Origin: Amoebophrya sp. A120
Taxonomy: Eukaryota > Protista > Dinoflagellata
Reading direction: 5' to 3'
DNA: 64,000 nt
Assembly: GCA_905178155.1 (NCBI GenBank)
Contig: CAJINV010000006.1
Coordinates: forward strand, 3,030,860 to 3,094,859
Shown here one piece after another: positions 1 through 11,277 of this stretch. The notes under the pieces are model-generated. The model worked only from the letters and a program-made list of their open reading frames with translations. It was not told where the DNA came from and did not search any database. Position numbers and translations under genes: made by a program. The number at the start of each line of letters is the position of its first letter. The first letter of the stretch is position 1.

Positions 1-202
1 GAGTCAAAGGTCAAAGCGATGCGATGCGATACGTGTAGATCAAACTGGACTCTTCTTACTGGTCATGCAATACAGATTTTTTCCGAATCCGAAAGGTGCA
101 ATACGAGGTGCGTCGGGGGACGTTGCTACACCAATTCAATTCAATCCGAAGACAGCATCACAAGTTGTAATCTTCCAGACTCAGACATTTTTGCAATCCA
201 TA
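1..202. mobile_element. Introner family B, right part, apparently nested in a family A element
   Basis: Ends ttccagactcagacatttttgcaatccATA, followed directly by family A internal sequence. Confidence 0.7.
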
Positions 203-348
203 GTACGAGTTCGAGTAGCAAACAATTGCAACATAAATTGGCATGACAAATGGAACTTGCCATGCTGATATAGATCGAGATTGAGAAGGAGAATTGTCTT
301 GCATGATTGCGATTACTTTGTACGAGTCGGATGCTTTTGCGCAGGATA
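203..348. mobile_element. Introner family A, right part
   Basis: Ends tacgagtcggatgcttttgcgcaggATA; gcatgacaaa motif. Confidence 0.7.
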
Positions 349-1111
349 GTTTTTGCTGGACACCAAAAAGTGCCTGCAGATGGAGCTGAAGCGCAACACC
401 GGGATATCCTGGGTAAAAACGTCCCCGTACCAGAGTCAAGATGGGAAATCTGCTAGACAAATCAACCAGCTTTGGTTGCTTCGCATGACGAATTTGTCCT
501 TGTAGTGCAATCCTGTTTAAGTATTTCAGCAGCATCACAGATCTAGCATATCGTGCTGCTTCTAGCGTCACAAGTTCCACGACAAGACTAGAAAATGCTT
601 CTCATGGGGCTCCGCATGAGAAACCTTTTTGGCATGCAGATTTGCATGACACCCCTGGCGTGGGGACATCTTTAATCAGGATACGGAATCGGGTGGACAC
701 GGTCGCTGAAGATTCTGAAACACTTAGAATGCTATCTATTGCAAATATGTCTGAGTCTGGAAGGTTGCAAATTTGTGATGCTGTCTCTGGATTGCAAAAA
801 GATTTGTATTGCATGAGTGACCAGCAAGAGGAGTCCAGTTGCTGCTACGCGGGGAGAACATTTCTCATGCGGAATAGGCATCACGAAGCCCGCTAAGAAT
901 CTGTGATGCTAGGTTATGCATGACAGGCATCATGGGTCATGCAAAATTGGCATGACAGACCTGGCAATCTTCCAGACCACATCCCGGGATGTTTGCGATG
1001 CATAAATGCCACGTTCGCACGAAGGGTCCGCCATGCAACCAGCAGTTCCGCGAGAAATGTGCAAAAATTGCGTGGATGCTCAAGTCCACACAAGGCCCTA
1101 CTCGACCGTGA
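349..1111 (+). CDS. 3' part of a uS13-like (probably mitochondrial) ribosomal protein; 5' end outside window
   Basis: Removing 405-683 and 733-1004 (+ one DR each) gives FLLDTKKCLQMELKRNTGIGWTRSLKILKHLECHVRTKGPPCNQQFREKCAKIAWMLKSTQGPTRP*; GIGxTRSxxIL resembles the uS13 H2TH motif. Confidence 0.6.
405..683. mobile_element. Introner family E (279 bp)
   Basis: TIR tatcctgggtaaaaacgtcccc...ggggacatctttaatcaggata; DR cggga/cggaa. Confidence 0.9.
733..1004. mobile_element. Introner family B (272 bp)
   Basis: TIR tatctattgcaaatatgtctgagtctggaa...; DR aatgc. Confidence 0.9.
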
Positions 1112-1934
1112 ATATGCTGCGAAATAAAAGCGTGAAAATAAATTCGCTGATTACTTACTTTTCTATAGACTTGCCGTTGTGTTTGATCCACCAACTATCA
1201 TGCGTCACATACCAGAACTTCAACCTGTAGGACTAGGTACATTACACGACCCCGGCTGTTGAACACGCCAGCCGCTCCGCGCAGTGAGGGTTTTAGGATT
1301 TATTAAGGGATTTCGACAGCACTTTTTAGGTAATTTTTTTCAACGTGTTACCAGAATCAGACGCAGCTCCGCATGACAGCAGGTTTTTCCTGCCATGCGA
1401 ATCGAACCTGTGATGCTGCTCAGTTGTCGAAGGAACGATATTTCAAGTACATGGCGTCACGGTCAGACAATGGAGAGAGAGGACTCTACCCGGGGTAATA
1501 AGTAGACTGATCCAGAAGAGCGATCATGGCCCGGCGTTTAATTGCCCCGCTTGGGAGTCGAGGTGTTGATGGCGCGAAATGTGGCAACAGGTGAGTGAAA
1601 GAAGTGATGAAGCAGTGCTGTCAAACGAGATGAAGACGGAGCGCTGGCCACATACCAGCGCCATGAGAGGTTTTTTTCAAGAAGTAGATAGATCCTGCAT
1701 GGTGCAGGAGCGTTTTGGTTTTGTTAATTTTTTATGGTTTGATTTTTTGCTATTGGTTCCTGGTCCTGCAGGGGTGCAGGAAGACAGCAGAATATACATG
1801 TACAAGTACTTGCACCTACTCGCACGTCGTGATTGAAGTAGCAGAAATTTTTTTGATGAGTTTATAGTATGACAAAAAAGGGCTAGGACAAGTACTAAAC
1901 TGTAACTACGACCATCTGCGGTCTCTATCAAACT

Positions 1935-4900
1935 ATGCGTGCGTCTGCCTTCTTTTCCAAAACATTGCTCGCCAAAAAAGCGGCGGCGCCCGGTGCAGTG
2001 GCGCCCCACGTTGCCTCGGAATGCCTGTCACCCCGTAGCAAGTTACTGTCCTCCGGCACGACCACTACGTCGTCAGGCGGCAGCTGTGGCACGACAAGCG
2101 GCAGGAGTCCCACCAGAACAGAAAGTGATGCTGGGGGTTCTTCTACCACTGGAACAAAACAAGTTTCTGCCTTTGATTCCACCGAAGACGAATTCTTTGC
2201 TCGCAATAGTACCGCAACTACCGGTAGCAGCACGACTACAAGGAGTAGCAGAACCGCATCGCCGCTGGGTGTCGTAACCCGATCAAGTTCCTCCCCGGGC
2301 AAAACGAAGCTGGAAGAGATTCGCGATGCGGCTCGGCAACGGAGAGAAGAAAGGCGGATCAGCGTGTCGTCGACGTCTGCGAGTAGTACGACAAGCCCCC
2401 TTGCCCTCTATGAGAATATGCACAACTCCCATGTGCCCCTCATTTGTCATGCCAAAGCCCCAATTCAATCGCTGCGTTGTCAGACTGTTTGCATCACAAA
2501 TTCAGGAAGCGCAAGCAGTACTACTTACACCAGGCGCAAGATGAACTTGTAATGCACAGGCTCGATGTGTGTTGGTGTTTGTATTGCTGTTCGTGCCATG
2601 CAAATGAGGGGGAGGGGGAGTTGTGCACTCGCATACCCTCCGGAGCAGGGGCAGAAGTGGAACAACAGCATCAACAACTTCGACCCCGTCACCGTCCTCT
2701 GAGTTACGATATAATCCTGCTCTTCAAGGCGCAGCGGAGGACGCAGGTACTCTAATGTATTATTCGTATTTATTTTAGATCACAGGAAGAAGAAAACCAC
2801 ATGCAAATCCGTTCTTGAATGATCATCCATCGGTTTTTGTTTTTTTTAGCGGTGCTGGACGAGTATTTCAATTCTTTTATTTCGGTCTAGAAAAATCACA
2901 ATCAGCCTCCTCCGCCGGAACAACGGCCGCTGTCGCGTCGGCGCAAGAAGAAGAAGGACGACAGCTAAAAAACGTTGGAGCAGCGGCAGGTAGAGCATCT
3001 GTGCAGCAGACCCCAGAAGTGCTACGTACGGAAGACCTTTCGACGTTCAAGGCGGAACTACACGGCGCCAAGGGTCCGGAATTCCTTCAAGAACGAGAAC
3101 CACAACAGCTGCATGATCCGAAGACAAAAAAACTCAACGCTGCACCACCACCACCACCGCAAGAGTTTTTACTTGGCCAGGAAAATGTTGATGCGCGGGA
3201 ACATCTTCAACGTGGTCCAGATACAGAAGCTCCGCTGATGCTGGAAAACTACCTGCTGCGACCGCACTACCGCGTCCTGCCATCGTTTGCTACTCGACGA
3301 CGCGAAGCAGAAGTAGATGTTGACCTAGGGCAACAAGACCGAACAATCGTCGGGAGTTGTACTAGTGCTGACCACACGGCGGCTGGTGATCTCAAAAACA
3401 ATTACAACGACCCCGACGATATCTCACGAAAAAACTGTTTCACTGTGATGATTTTGCAAGTTTTGCATTACAAGTTTGTTCTGCATCACAGAGAAAATTT
3501 GCCATGCGAGATTCCTAAGGGAAAACAAAGCTAAAAAGCCATTGTCTTGCATGTGTAGCAAGACAAACACTTGTGAAATACATTTTCTGCATTACAAGTT
3601 TACAGTGAAACAGTTTTTTCTGGCGATAGACGAGCACCAGGAGCTAGTATCCTCGTCGTACTCGCGGGAGGTTTTCGTGACCACGGGAAGGAGCGGAAAA
3701 ACCTGTTTCACCGTATCGCAAGAAAAAACTGCTTCACTGTAAACTTGTGATGCACAAAATGGAACACAGAAATATTTGTCTTGCTACACATGCAAGAAAG
3801 TGGATTTTTAGCAGTGTTTTCCCTTAGGAAGCACGCATGGCAAGTTTTCTTGGTCATGCGTAAGGAACTTGTAATGCAAAAGTTGCAATCATCCTTACAG
3901 TGAAACACCTTTTTCGTACGATACACCGTGCACGAAGAAGAATACCTGAACGACGAGCGACGGCTCTATTTCGAGCGGCATATGAACTGCAAAAGCATCG
4001 TACTAGTATAAATTGCATTACAAATTGGCTTAGCATTACAAATTCAATCTGTAATGCGGATTTGCCTATAACAAAAAGATTTGTAATGCATAAATGCAAA
4101 ATTTAGTACGAGTGCGATACTTTTGCAGTGCATACGGCAGCAGAAGTACCAAATCCGCCCGCACGAAAACATCTGGTGCAGCTATGACAAGCACGGTTTT
4201 AATATGGCAAAAAACACAGGAGCACGATCTTCTAATTCTTGTCATCCGGCACTGCATCAGCATCCACACGTCGACCCAATCAATAACCGCGGTACAACAT
4301 CACTATCCGCGCCGAAACTAGACGACTTTTGCGAGCGGTACAAAGACGCTTCGCTCATCTTGCGGCTCCGCAGCGGCCTGATCGCTGGGTTTGACACATT
4401 GTTCGGGATCGGTGGTTTAACGGGAAGCACAACAGTATGCATCGCAAAAGTATCGTACTCGTACAGTGCACATCAATCATGCATAGACAAATCTCCTTTC
4501 CAAGCTAAATCAGCATGACAAACTCAAACTCCTCCGTCTGTCATGCTGAGCGAAGTTGTACTGGATTTGTTGTTCCTAGTACGATACTGTTGCAATGCAT
4601 AAGCGGCCGGCGGGGGACGAGAAAAAGTCTGCGAGAAACATCAGCAGCACAGCGGATTTTTTTTCAATAATCCACCTTCCGGTCTCATCCAGAGGTTTAA
4701 GCAGTTTCGAGCAAGAATGCACGAAAAAGTCTACGGATCTATCCTGTGCAAAAGTATCGTACTCGTACTAATTGCAGATATGCATTTACAAATTTCTTGC
4801 TCAAGTCAAAGCCGCATTACAAATTCTATTTCGCATGCTGGGGCAATTTGTCATGCGATTTGTACTAGTACGATGCTTTTGCAATGCATAGGATCCTTCA

Positions 4901-5707
4901 AACAGCAAAAGTTCGGAGTTCTGGAGAAAAACAACTCCTTGACGATGCCGCTCACGCACTTCTGCCCCAAATTATGCAAGAAAAAAACTTCTGTGTAGGT
5001 GCAAGTGTAAGTCTGTGATGCAGAAAATGGAAAACAGATACAACTGCCATGCCAGTTGTAGACACCCATGAAGTATATAGAAATCCTCTTTTCGTGTGTG
5101 TTTTCAAGTACTAAGTAGTACTAGTAGGAGTGCATGAAAATAAACTTTCTGTGTCAGCATAGTGCGGAGGAAGTTGTTTGTTGTCATGCTCTCTCACAAC
5201 TCGAAGACAATGACGCCTCCACTAACACAGTTTTTTCCTCGGATACAAATGGCTTCTCGGCCATTACGTTTCCCGTTATTTTTCCGGTGTGGTAGATTAT
5301 TTCGCATCTCCGTCCGGAACAAATGCGGACGATCCGGAAATATCAATTGCAAATATGTCTGGGTCTGGAACATGGCAATCTGTCATGCCAAATCTGAATC
5401 ATACAAAAATCTGTGTTGCAGGATTACCAAAAGCTGGCCACTTTTCACCAAGTGGGTAGGGCGTTTCTCATGCAGAATAGGCATGATAGAGGTCTCACAG
5501 AATCTGTCATGCTAGGTTCTGCATTCCAGACCTCATGCGTCATGTAACACCTGCGTCACAAGTTTGCATCTTTCCAGACCCAGACATATTTGCAATGCAT
5601 AGGAAAAATCTTTAACGGGAACAAGATTTGGATTTCTACCTGCTTCCTCGCCGCAGCGGTATCCAAGAGAAAAAGATGAAAGCTGCGTTTTGACGTACTC
5701 GTATTGA
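1935..5707 (+). CDS. Hypothetical protein, Ser/Thr-rich N-terminus; 8 introners plus one GT-AG intron (2747-2890)
   Basis: Continuous frame from ATG 1935 to TGA 5707 once elements and one DR each are removed (...HEEEYLNDERRLYFERQQKYQIRPHENIWCSYDKHGF...). Confidence 0.8.
2409..2635. mobile_element. Introner family D (227 bp)
   Basis: TIR tatgagaatatgcacaactcccatg...gagggggagttgtgcactcgcata; DR ccctc. Confidence 0.9.
3420..3628. mobile_element. Introner family F (209 bp)
   Basis: TIR tatctcacgaaaaaactgtttcactgt...acagtgaaacagttttttctggcgata; DR gacga. Confidence 0.92.
3714..3923. mobile_element. Introner family F (210 bp), opposite orientation to 3420
   Basis: TIR tatcgcaagaaaaaactgcttcactgt; DR caccg. 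Confidence 0.92.
3981..4134. mobile_element. Introner family A (154 bp)
   Basis: TIR tatgaactgcaaaagcatcgtact...agtgcgatacttttgcagtgcata; DR cggca. Confidence 0.92.
4436..4601. mobile_element. Introner family A, diverged (166 bp)
   Basis: A-type TIRs; decayed DR aacag/agcgg; frame restored. Confidence 0.8.
4740..4890. mobile_element. Introner family A (151 bp)
   Basis: A-type TIRs; DR ggatc. Confidence 0.92.
4973..5245. mobile_element. Introner family C, diverged/expanded (273 bp)
   Basis: tatgcaagaaaaaaactt...acacagttttttcctcggata; DR caaat. Confidence 0.85.
5341..5601. mobile_element. Introner family B (261 bp)
   Basis: TIR tatcaattgcaaatatgtctgggtctggaa...ttccagacccagacatatttgcaatgcata; DR ggaaa. 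Confidence 0.92.
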
Positions 5708-7244
5708 AAACATGAGTTTTTACTAAAAAGTGCGCATCTGTATTTTTATGTTGTACAGCATGCAACTTGTTGACGATTATGTTATGCGCCTGATGGTCAT
5801 GGGCATGCTCTAATGATAGAAACCACGTGAGCTGCGAGAGGTAAACTTCTGTGAGGCACTTACTACCACCGAAAGAGCGCAGTTTTTTGTCTGCATACCC
5901 GGCGGCTGAAAATAGCGAACTGTCCAGCACACAACCGCTTTTCAGCAGCGACCCCCACTCGAGCAGGTGAGGAACAAGATAACCGTGCTGGTAGTTGTTC
6001 CTACTTCACTCAGCTTCTCACGACGGCGCCGCTCGGTGCTAGCAGCAGGACCTCCACGGGAGCTGCACCAAGAGCCCGCGACTTTTTCTCCTCCTGGGCT
6101 GCAACATCTAGGAATAATTCCGCGGACGACCAGTACGTCTCCCCTCCTGCGGGGGTCGTGCTGTCGTGCTGAAGTTGGATTTTGATTTGGAGTTGTACGC
6201 GAATATGACCACACAGTTCTTGTGCATTGCCTTGTAATTGAAAACGAAGCACTTACAGTTACAACATTTCTCGATAATTGAAGTAGTGTGCTCCTGTGAT
6301 TCGAGACATTTAATGAGCACGACGAGATCAAGATCAAGTTGAAGACGCCTGCAATGGTAGTCTACTTACCACTGGTACTGTTGTGGTTTGATGAATATGG
6401 AAGCTCGTTTTTCGTCTTCATCAAGAGCAATGATGACAGCGCGACGGCATACGCGAAGAAAAATATTTGATGAAGTAAGTAAGTAATTATAAATGGAGTA
6501 CGCGAGCAGGAACGTCGGCAGTAGATGGAGTAGTTGTAGGTCGGCTGCACTTGCTGGATACTCAAAACGCTGATGTTCATCTCCTGCTTGGGAACGTGCT
6601 TCTACTGTTTCCACCCAAGCGTGGTTCGTTGTTGCTGCGAAGATCATAAGAACTACAAGACCGCTTTGACAGGAGCTGTTCTCGCACGTGTTTTGGTTCT
6701 TTTCCAATTCGAATTCCAACAAGTACATAGCTTTAAAACTATATCCGTTCGAGCTGTTGGTCGCGGACGCAGGAGCAGAACTAGAAGCCACTGCACTACT
6801 TTGCATAACTTGCAGTACAACTCGAGGAACTCCATCACAAAGTTCGTTCTAATCCTCAATCGATTCTCCCATTACTCCTTCCTGACGACTACACTAGGGA
6901 CAGTGACAGATGATCACGCGGCTTGGAGATGCTCTCGGATCCGTCAGTTCGACAAAGATAGAGTTTCTACTTCTACTTCTATCACACGACCATGATCGAT
7001 CAACAGAGCTCTATTCACTACACTAGCCAGTACATAATCTATCAGCGACATCTCTTTGTCTTATTCTCGGCGTTTTCTTTCTTTTGTTTATCGGCGCAAC
7101 TTGTAGAAGTGTCTGGTCGTACTGGAAAGACTTATGAATAAAAGTTATCATGTGTGTCTTTTCTCTGATGTTTTTCCGTCCATATGAAGATACTAGCATG
7201 TAGTTACAATAGCAAGATTGGAAAGAAAGTTTTATCACAAGAAG

Positions 7245-8793
7245 ATGTCCTCCTCCTCCCAAAGTAACAAAACGACGTCGGGAAAAGCCAACCCCACTGA
7301 TGCCAACCCGCGTGAACCCGGCGGAAAAAAAGGAGCAAAAGCGACCACGGCGACGTCTGGGGCATCCAAGAACCTCACTCGACCTGTCACCGTAGCACCC
7401 AGCATGGCCGCCCGCCGGGTGCCGGACTCCATGCGGACGAGCGCGGAGGACCGGGAACAAGGAACACTTGGGAGTAGAATGATGATGTCTTCCCGAGGAC
7501 CGGTAACTGATATTAACGACGCTGCACAACAACCACCAAATAACGGCCGTGGACAACCTTTCTCATCTGCTAAAGCCGCAAGTAGCAGCAGTGCGGACAA
7601 GACAAACGACGCCAACAGAAGAACGCCGACGCCGAAGCAGGGAGACCAACGAAACGGACTGACTATGCATTGCAAATGCAAAAGCATCGTACTAGTAGAA
7701 AGCGCATGACAAATTCGTTCAGCATGACAAATGGAATTTGTCATGCTGTTTTCCCTTGGGATGGAAGTTTGTAATGCATGATTGCGATAATTACTACGAG
7801 TGCGATACTTTTATTTTTGCACAGGATACTGACTTTCATGTACGGGAAATGGGTGGACATGGAACGCTCGCTGGTCAAGGATGTGTTCCCCCCCGAAGTC
7901 GTACAAGAAGTGCAGGACCAGCTGAACGCTTACCGGGCGGAAAGAGTATCCTGTGCAAAAGTATCGTACTCGTAGAAATTGCATATGCATTACAAATTTT
8001 TTTCTCAAGGTGAATCCGCATTACAAATTTTATTTCTCATGCTGAGAAAATTTGTAATGCATTCATACGAGTACGATACTTTTGCAATTCATAAAGAGCC
8101 GCCACGGACCACTCCTACGCACAGGAGCTGCGGGAGCGCGAGCGGATCCAGGGGACATTGTGGCAGAAGAGGTACCAGGAGCTAGAGGAAGATTTCAAAA
8201 CCCTGGACCTCGTGGCAAAAACCGATCTTCGAGAATTGCCATTGAAGGTGGGACAGGCCGCCAAATTGCAGGAGGGTAACCGAAGCATCAAAGGCAGGGA
8301 ACAACAACAAGATTGGACCATTTTCTGTCCGGATAGCGAGACCCGGAATCGGTGTCTCACCTATCACACCCTGTTCGTCGACGCGCCCGCACTGCGTGGC
8401 ATACCAGACGAGAAGTGGCGGGTGCCGGGACAGCCGGGCTATTTGGTTCCCAAGGGGATGGCCGGGCGGCGCATGAACAGCAGGGACGAGGATGTGTATG
8501 GACCGGAAGGAACTTCTACTACGAGTGTAATATTAAAGCAGCCACAACTGGATGGGAATGATCGCGAGAAAAGGAGCAGCAACGAACAAGACGAGGAAGC
8601 GCAGATAAACCCTGTTGACAACTTCAACTTCTCGCAGGTCCAGCTGACCGACTTGAAGGCGCTGAAGGTGAAGTTCACAGACTGGGCGCGGTGGGCGGTA
8701 AACAGCGGAGCCTGGACCATGACCAGGAGGGGAAAAAAACTGGCGTCGTTCGAAGAAGCGATCAAAAAGGATAGAAAGACAAAGCCGGTATGA
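7245..8793 (+). CDS. Hypothetical protein; 2 introners
   Basis: ORFs 7218, 7778 and 8158 join in frame after removing 7664-7828 and 7947-8093. Confidence 0.8.
7664..7828. mobile_element. Introner family A (165 bp)
   Basis: A-type TIRs; DR ctgac. Confidence 0.9.
7947..8093. mobile_element. Introner family A (147 bp)
   Basis: A-type TIRs; DR aagag. Confidence 0.92.
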
Positions 8794-8992
8794 AATAAAA
8801 ACGAAATTTGGTCGTGGTCGTGTGTGTGTATTGCTGTGTCTGTTTATGTATGATGAATTCTCGACATTGCAACACTTCATTATGTGATTCGACCACGACA
8901 AGAATCTAATGCTTCGTGGTGTTGCGGTCTAATAAGGTGTGCAAGAAGATGATGAAAGACAAAGAGTATAGAGAGAGAGACGACCTGATGTC

Positions 8993-10981
8993 ATGTGTGA
9001 CTCGAATCCTGAGTGTGGTTCTTTGTCATGCTTGCATTTATTGCGAGTAGGGGACAACTTCGACTTCCTGATACGACACAGACAGACCCTGCTTTCGATT
9101 CCATACAACCCGGCAGCTCCTACAAATCATAATATGATGGAAGTCGACGACCAGTACCAGCAGCAGGGAGCGGAAAATGAAACTAAAGCCGCTGAGCACG
9201 ACACAAATGCTCTAGCTCATGTTCATCCAGAGGACCTCCACCCCACAAGAAGGACAAGAGCTGTCCTGGGCGGGCAAGGACTAGAAAATGAAAACATGCA
9301 GAAAGAAAATCAGGAACAAAGACTGACAGCAGCGTCTTCATCCAAAGGGGACATTTATTCTTCCGACGAAGACGAGAGTCTGCCTCTGTGGCCTCCCCGG
9401 TACCTGCGTTACTCGTCTGAGGAGGAGGATTTAGATTTTACAAGCGAGGAGGAGACCTCCTCCGGTAGTGACGGGGACGAAATCTTCAGCGACGGGGAGG
9501 AAACGAGTAGCGACGAAGAACCTGCCGGGGAAGAGAATCAGGATATTGAGCAGGCCGATGTGGAAATGAATATTGACCCGGCGGCACAACCACAAGATAC
9601 GAAGGTTCAAGACAGTACTTCCGCTTTTGTCTACATTCGGAACAAAACCACGGGGAAGACGAAGGTGATAAAGCGCGGGGACCTTCACAAGTATTGTCCG
9701 AACTACATAGAAGATCATAGAAAGATGTTGACTCGAGGTGAAACTGCAGCTGCCGTGAAGAAGCCGAGGCCAACACGCGAAGAGGTTGTTGAGGCTGCAA
9801 AACGCGAGAGAGCGAAGCGGGAACAGGAGCTAACCTATCAAATGTAAAAATGTCTGGGTCTGGAAGATTGCGAGATTTGTCATGCATATTTCGGATCACG
9901 CAAATGGCGTCTGATGCAGGCGAAAGCATCACAGGCTTGATGCACGCCTCATGATGCCTGTCCCGCATGAGAAACTTCCTACTTGCGTGCCAAGAAATGG
10001 ACAGCTTTTGGCGCTCATGCAACACAAATTTTTGTGTGTTCCAGAGTTTGCATCACAAGTTCCAACCCTTCCAGACCCAGACACTTTTACATTTGATATA
10101 ACACGGCAGCAGCGGATGTTCGCGATTTTTCAAAACATGTATGAAACTGCACAACTTTCCAGCCTTCCTTTCAACATTTGTCATGCAAAATACCGAATCC
10201 ACGTGACGTCCACCTCTTGCCTCTAAAATATTCTGCGCATGACAAGTTTTGAATGCCCGAACAGAACTACGATCCATGTCCGGATTGGTCATGCAAAAGC
10301 TACACCTGTGGGCAGCTTGTGATGCTGCTCATGCTCTACAAAACAGGGGGACGAGGGGGACGGGATGTGCAGTCTGATAACATGCAGAGTGTGGAACAGG
10401 ATTGCGCACAGTGCGTGGAGAACACGCAGCTCTTCACGAAGGTCCCGCTGGCACAGTTACTCGTCGCGCAGGAGCGGCTGGCGGGAACGGAAAAATTACC
10501 AAACAACACGGTGGTGAACCAATTTGGGAGCTACGTGAAAAACGACGACCCGGGAAAGCGGAGTTTGCAGGACAGACAGCGGACAGCACAGGAAAAAGTG
10601 CTCCCGTTGCCGTATGATTTGTCGCAGCGGCACTTGGACGCGCAGCTGCACGACCGCAACCGGGAACGCTGGAAACCGACCTACTGGTCTTTGGATGAGA
10701 TTCACGAGAAGGCAGCGAGATTTACGGAGAAAGTGGTAGAGGTGGAAATGGAACAAGTAGTAGATGCAGGACGAAAGAATCAAGTTCAAGGTGGACCACC
10801 TCCTCGTCCTGTGGAGGACCACATGAACAATAAATCTCGTGCAGCTCATCTCCTGTCGGACGGAGAGCATTCACGTTCTGCGACTTCGGCTGCCAACCGC
10901 CACATCGTCGCGGGAGACACGGGACGACGGGGCTTGCTGTCAAGAAGTGACGCAGTATCCAAGGGGAGAAACGTGTCTTAG
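8993..10981 (+). CDS. Hypothetical acidic protein; 2 introners (true start may be near 9134)
   Basis: ORF 8993 joins ORF 10253 via RQQRMFAIFQNM after removing both elements. Confidence 0.75.
9836..10098. mobile_element. Introner family B (263 bp)
   Basis: B-type TIRs; DR taacc/taaca. Confidence 0.9.
10140..10379. mobile_element. Introner family D, diverged (240 bp)
   Basis: tatgaaactgcacaactt...gatgtgcagtctgata; DR acatg. Confidence 0.85.
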
Positions 10982-11277
10982 TGATAGAATTTGAAGTCAA
11001 TGATCTATAAGTAGATGCACAGTTCATCGCATTGATGCCCCAGGAGACCACGAACGATTACGATTAGTAGGGGCCAGGCTCCTCGTTGCACCGTGGCCCG
11101 CACGGTCATTTGCGATGTCAGAATTATAGGAACACGGCACGAACGAAATAAGCAAGACACGACTTTTTTCTGTAATATACAGGGAATAAAGGTGACCAGT
11201 GTCAAGATCAACTTGTACGAAACGGTAAAGAGAACGACGACGACGACGGGAAGATCTTACCAGGTGGCACCACCTGC

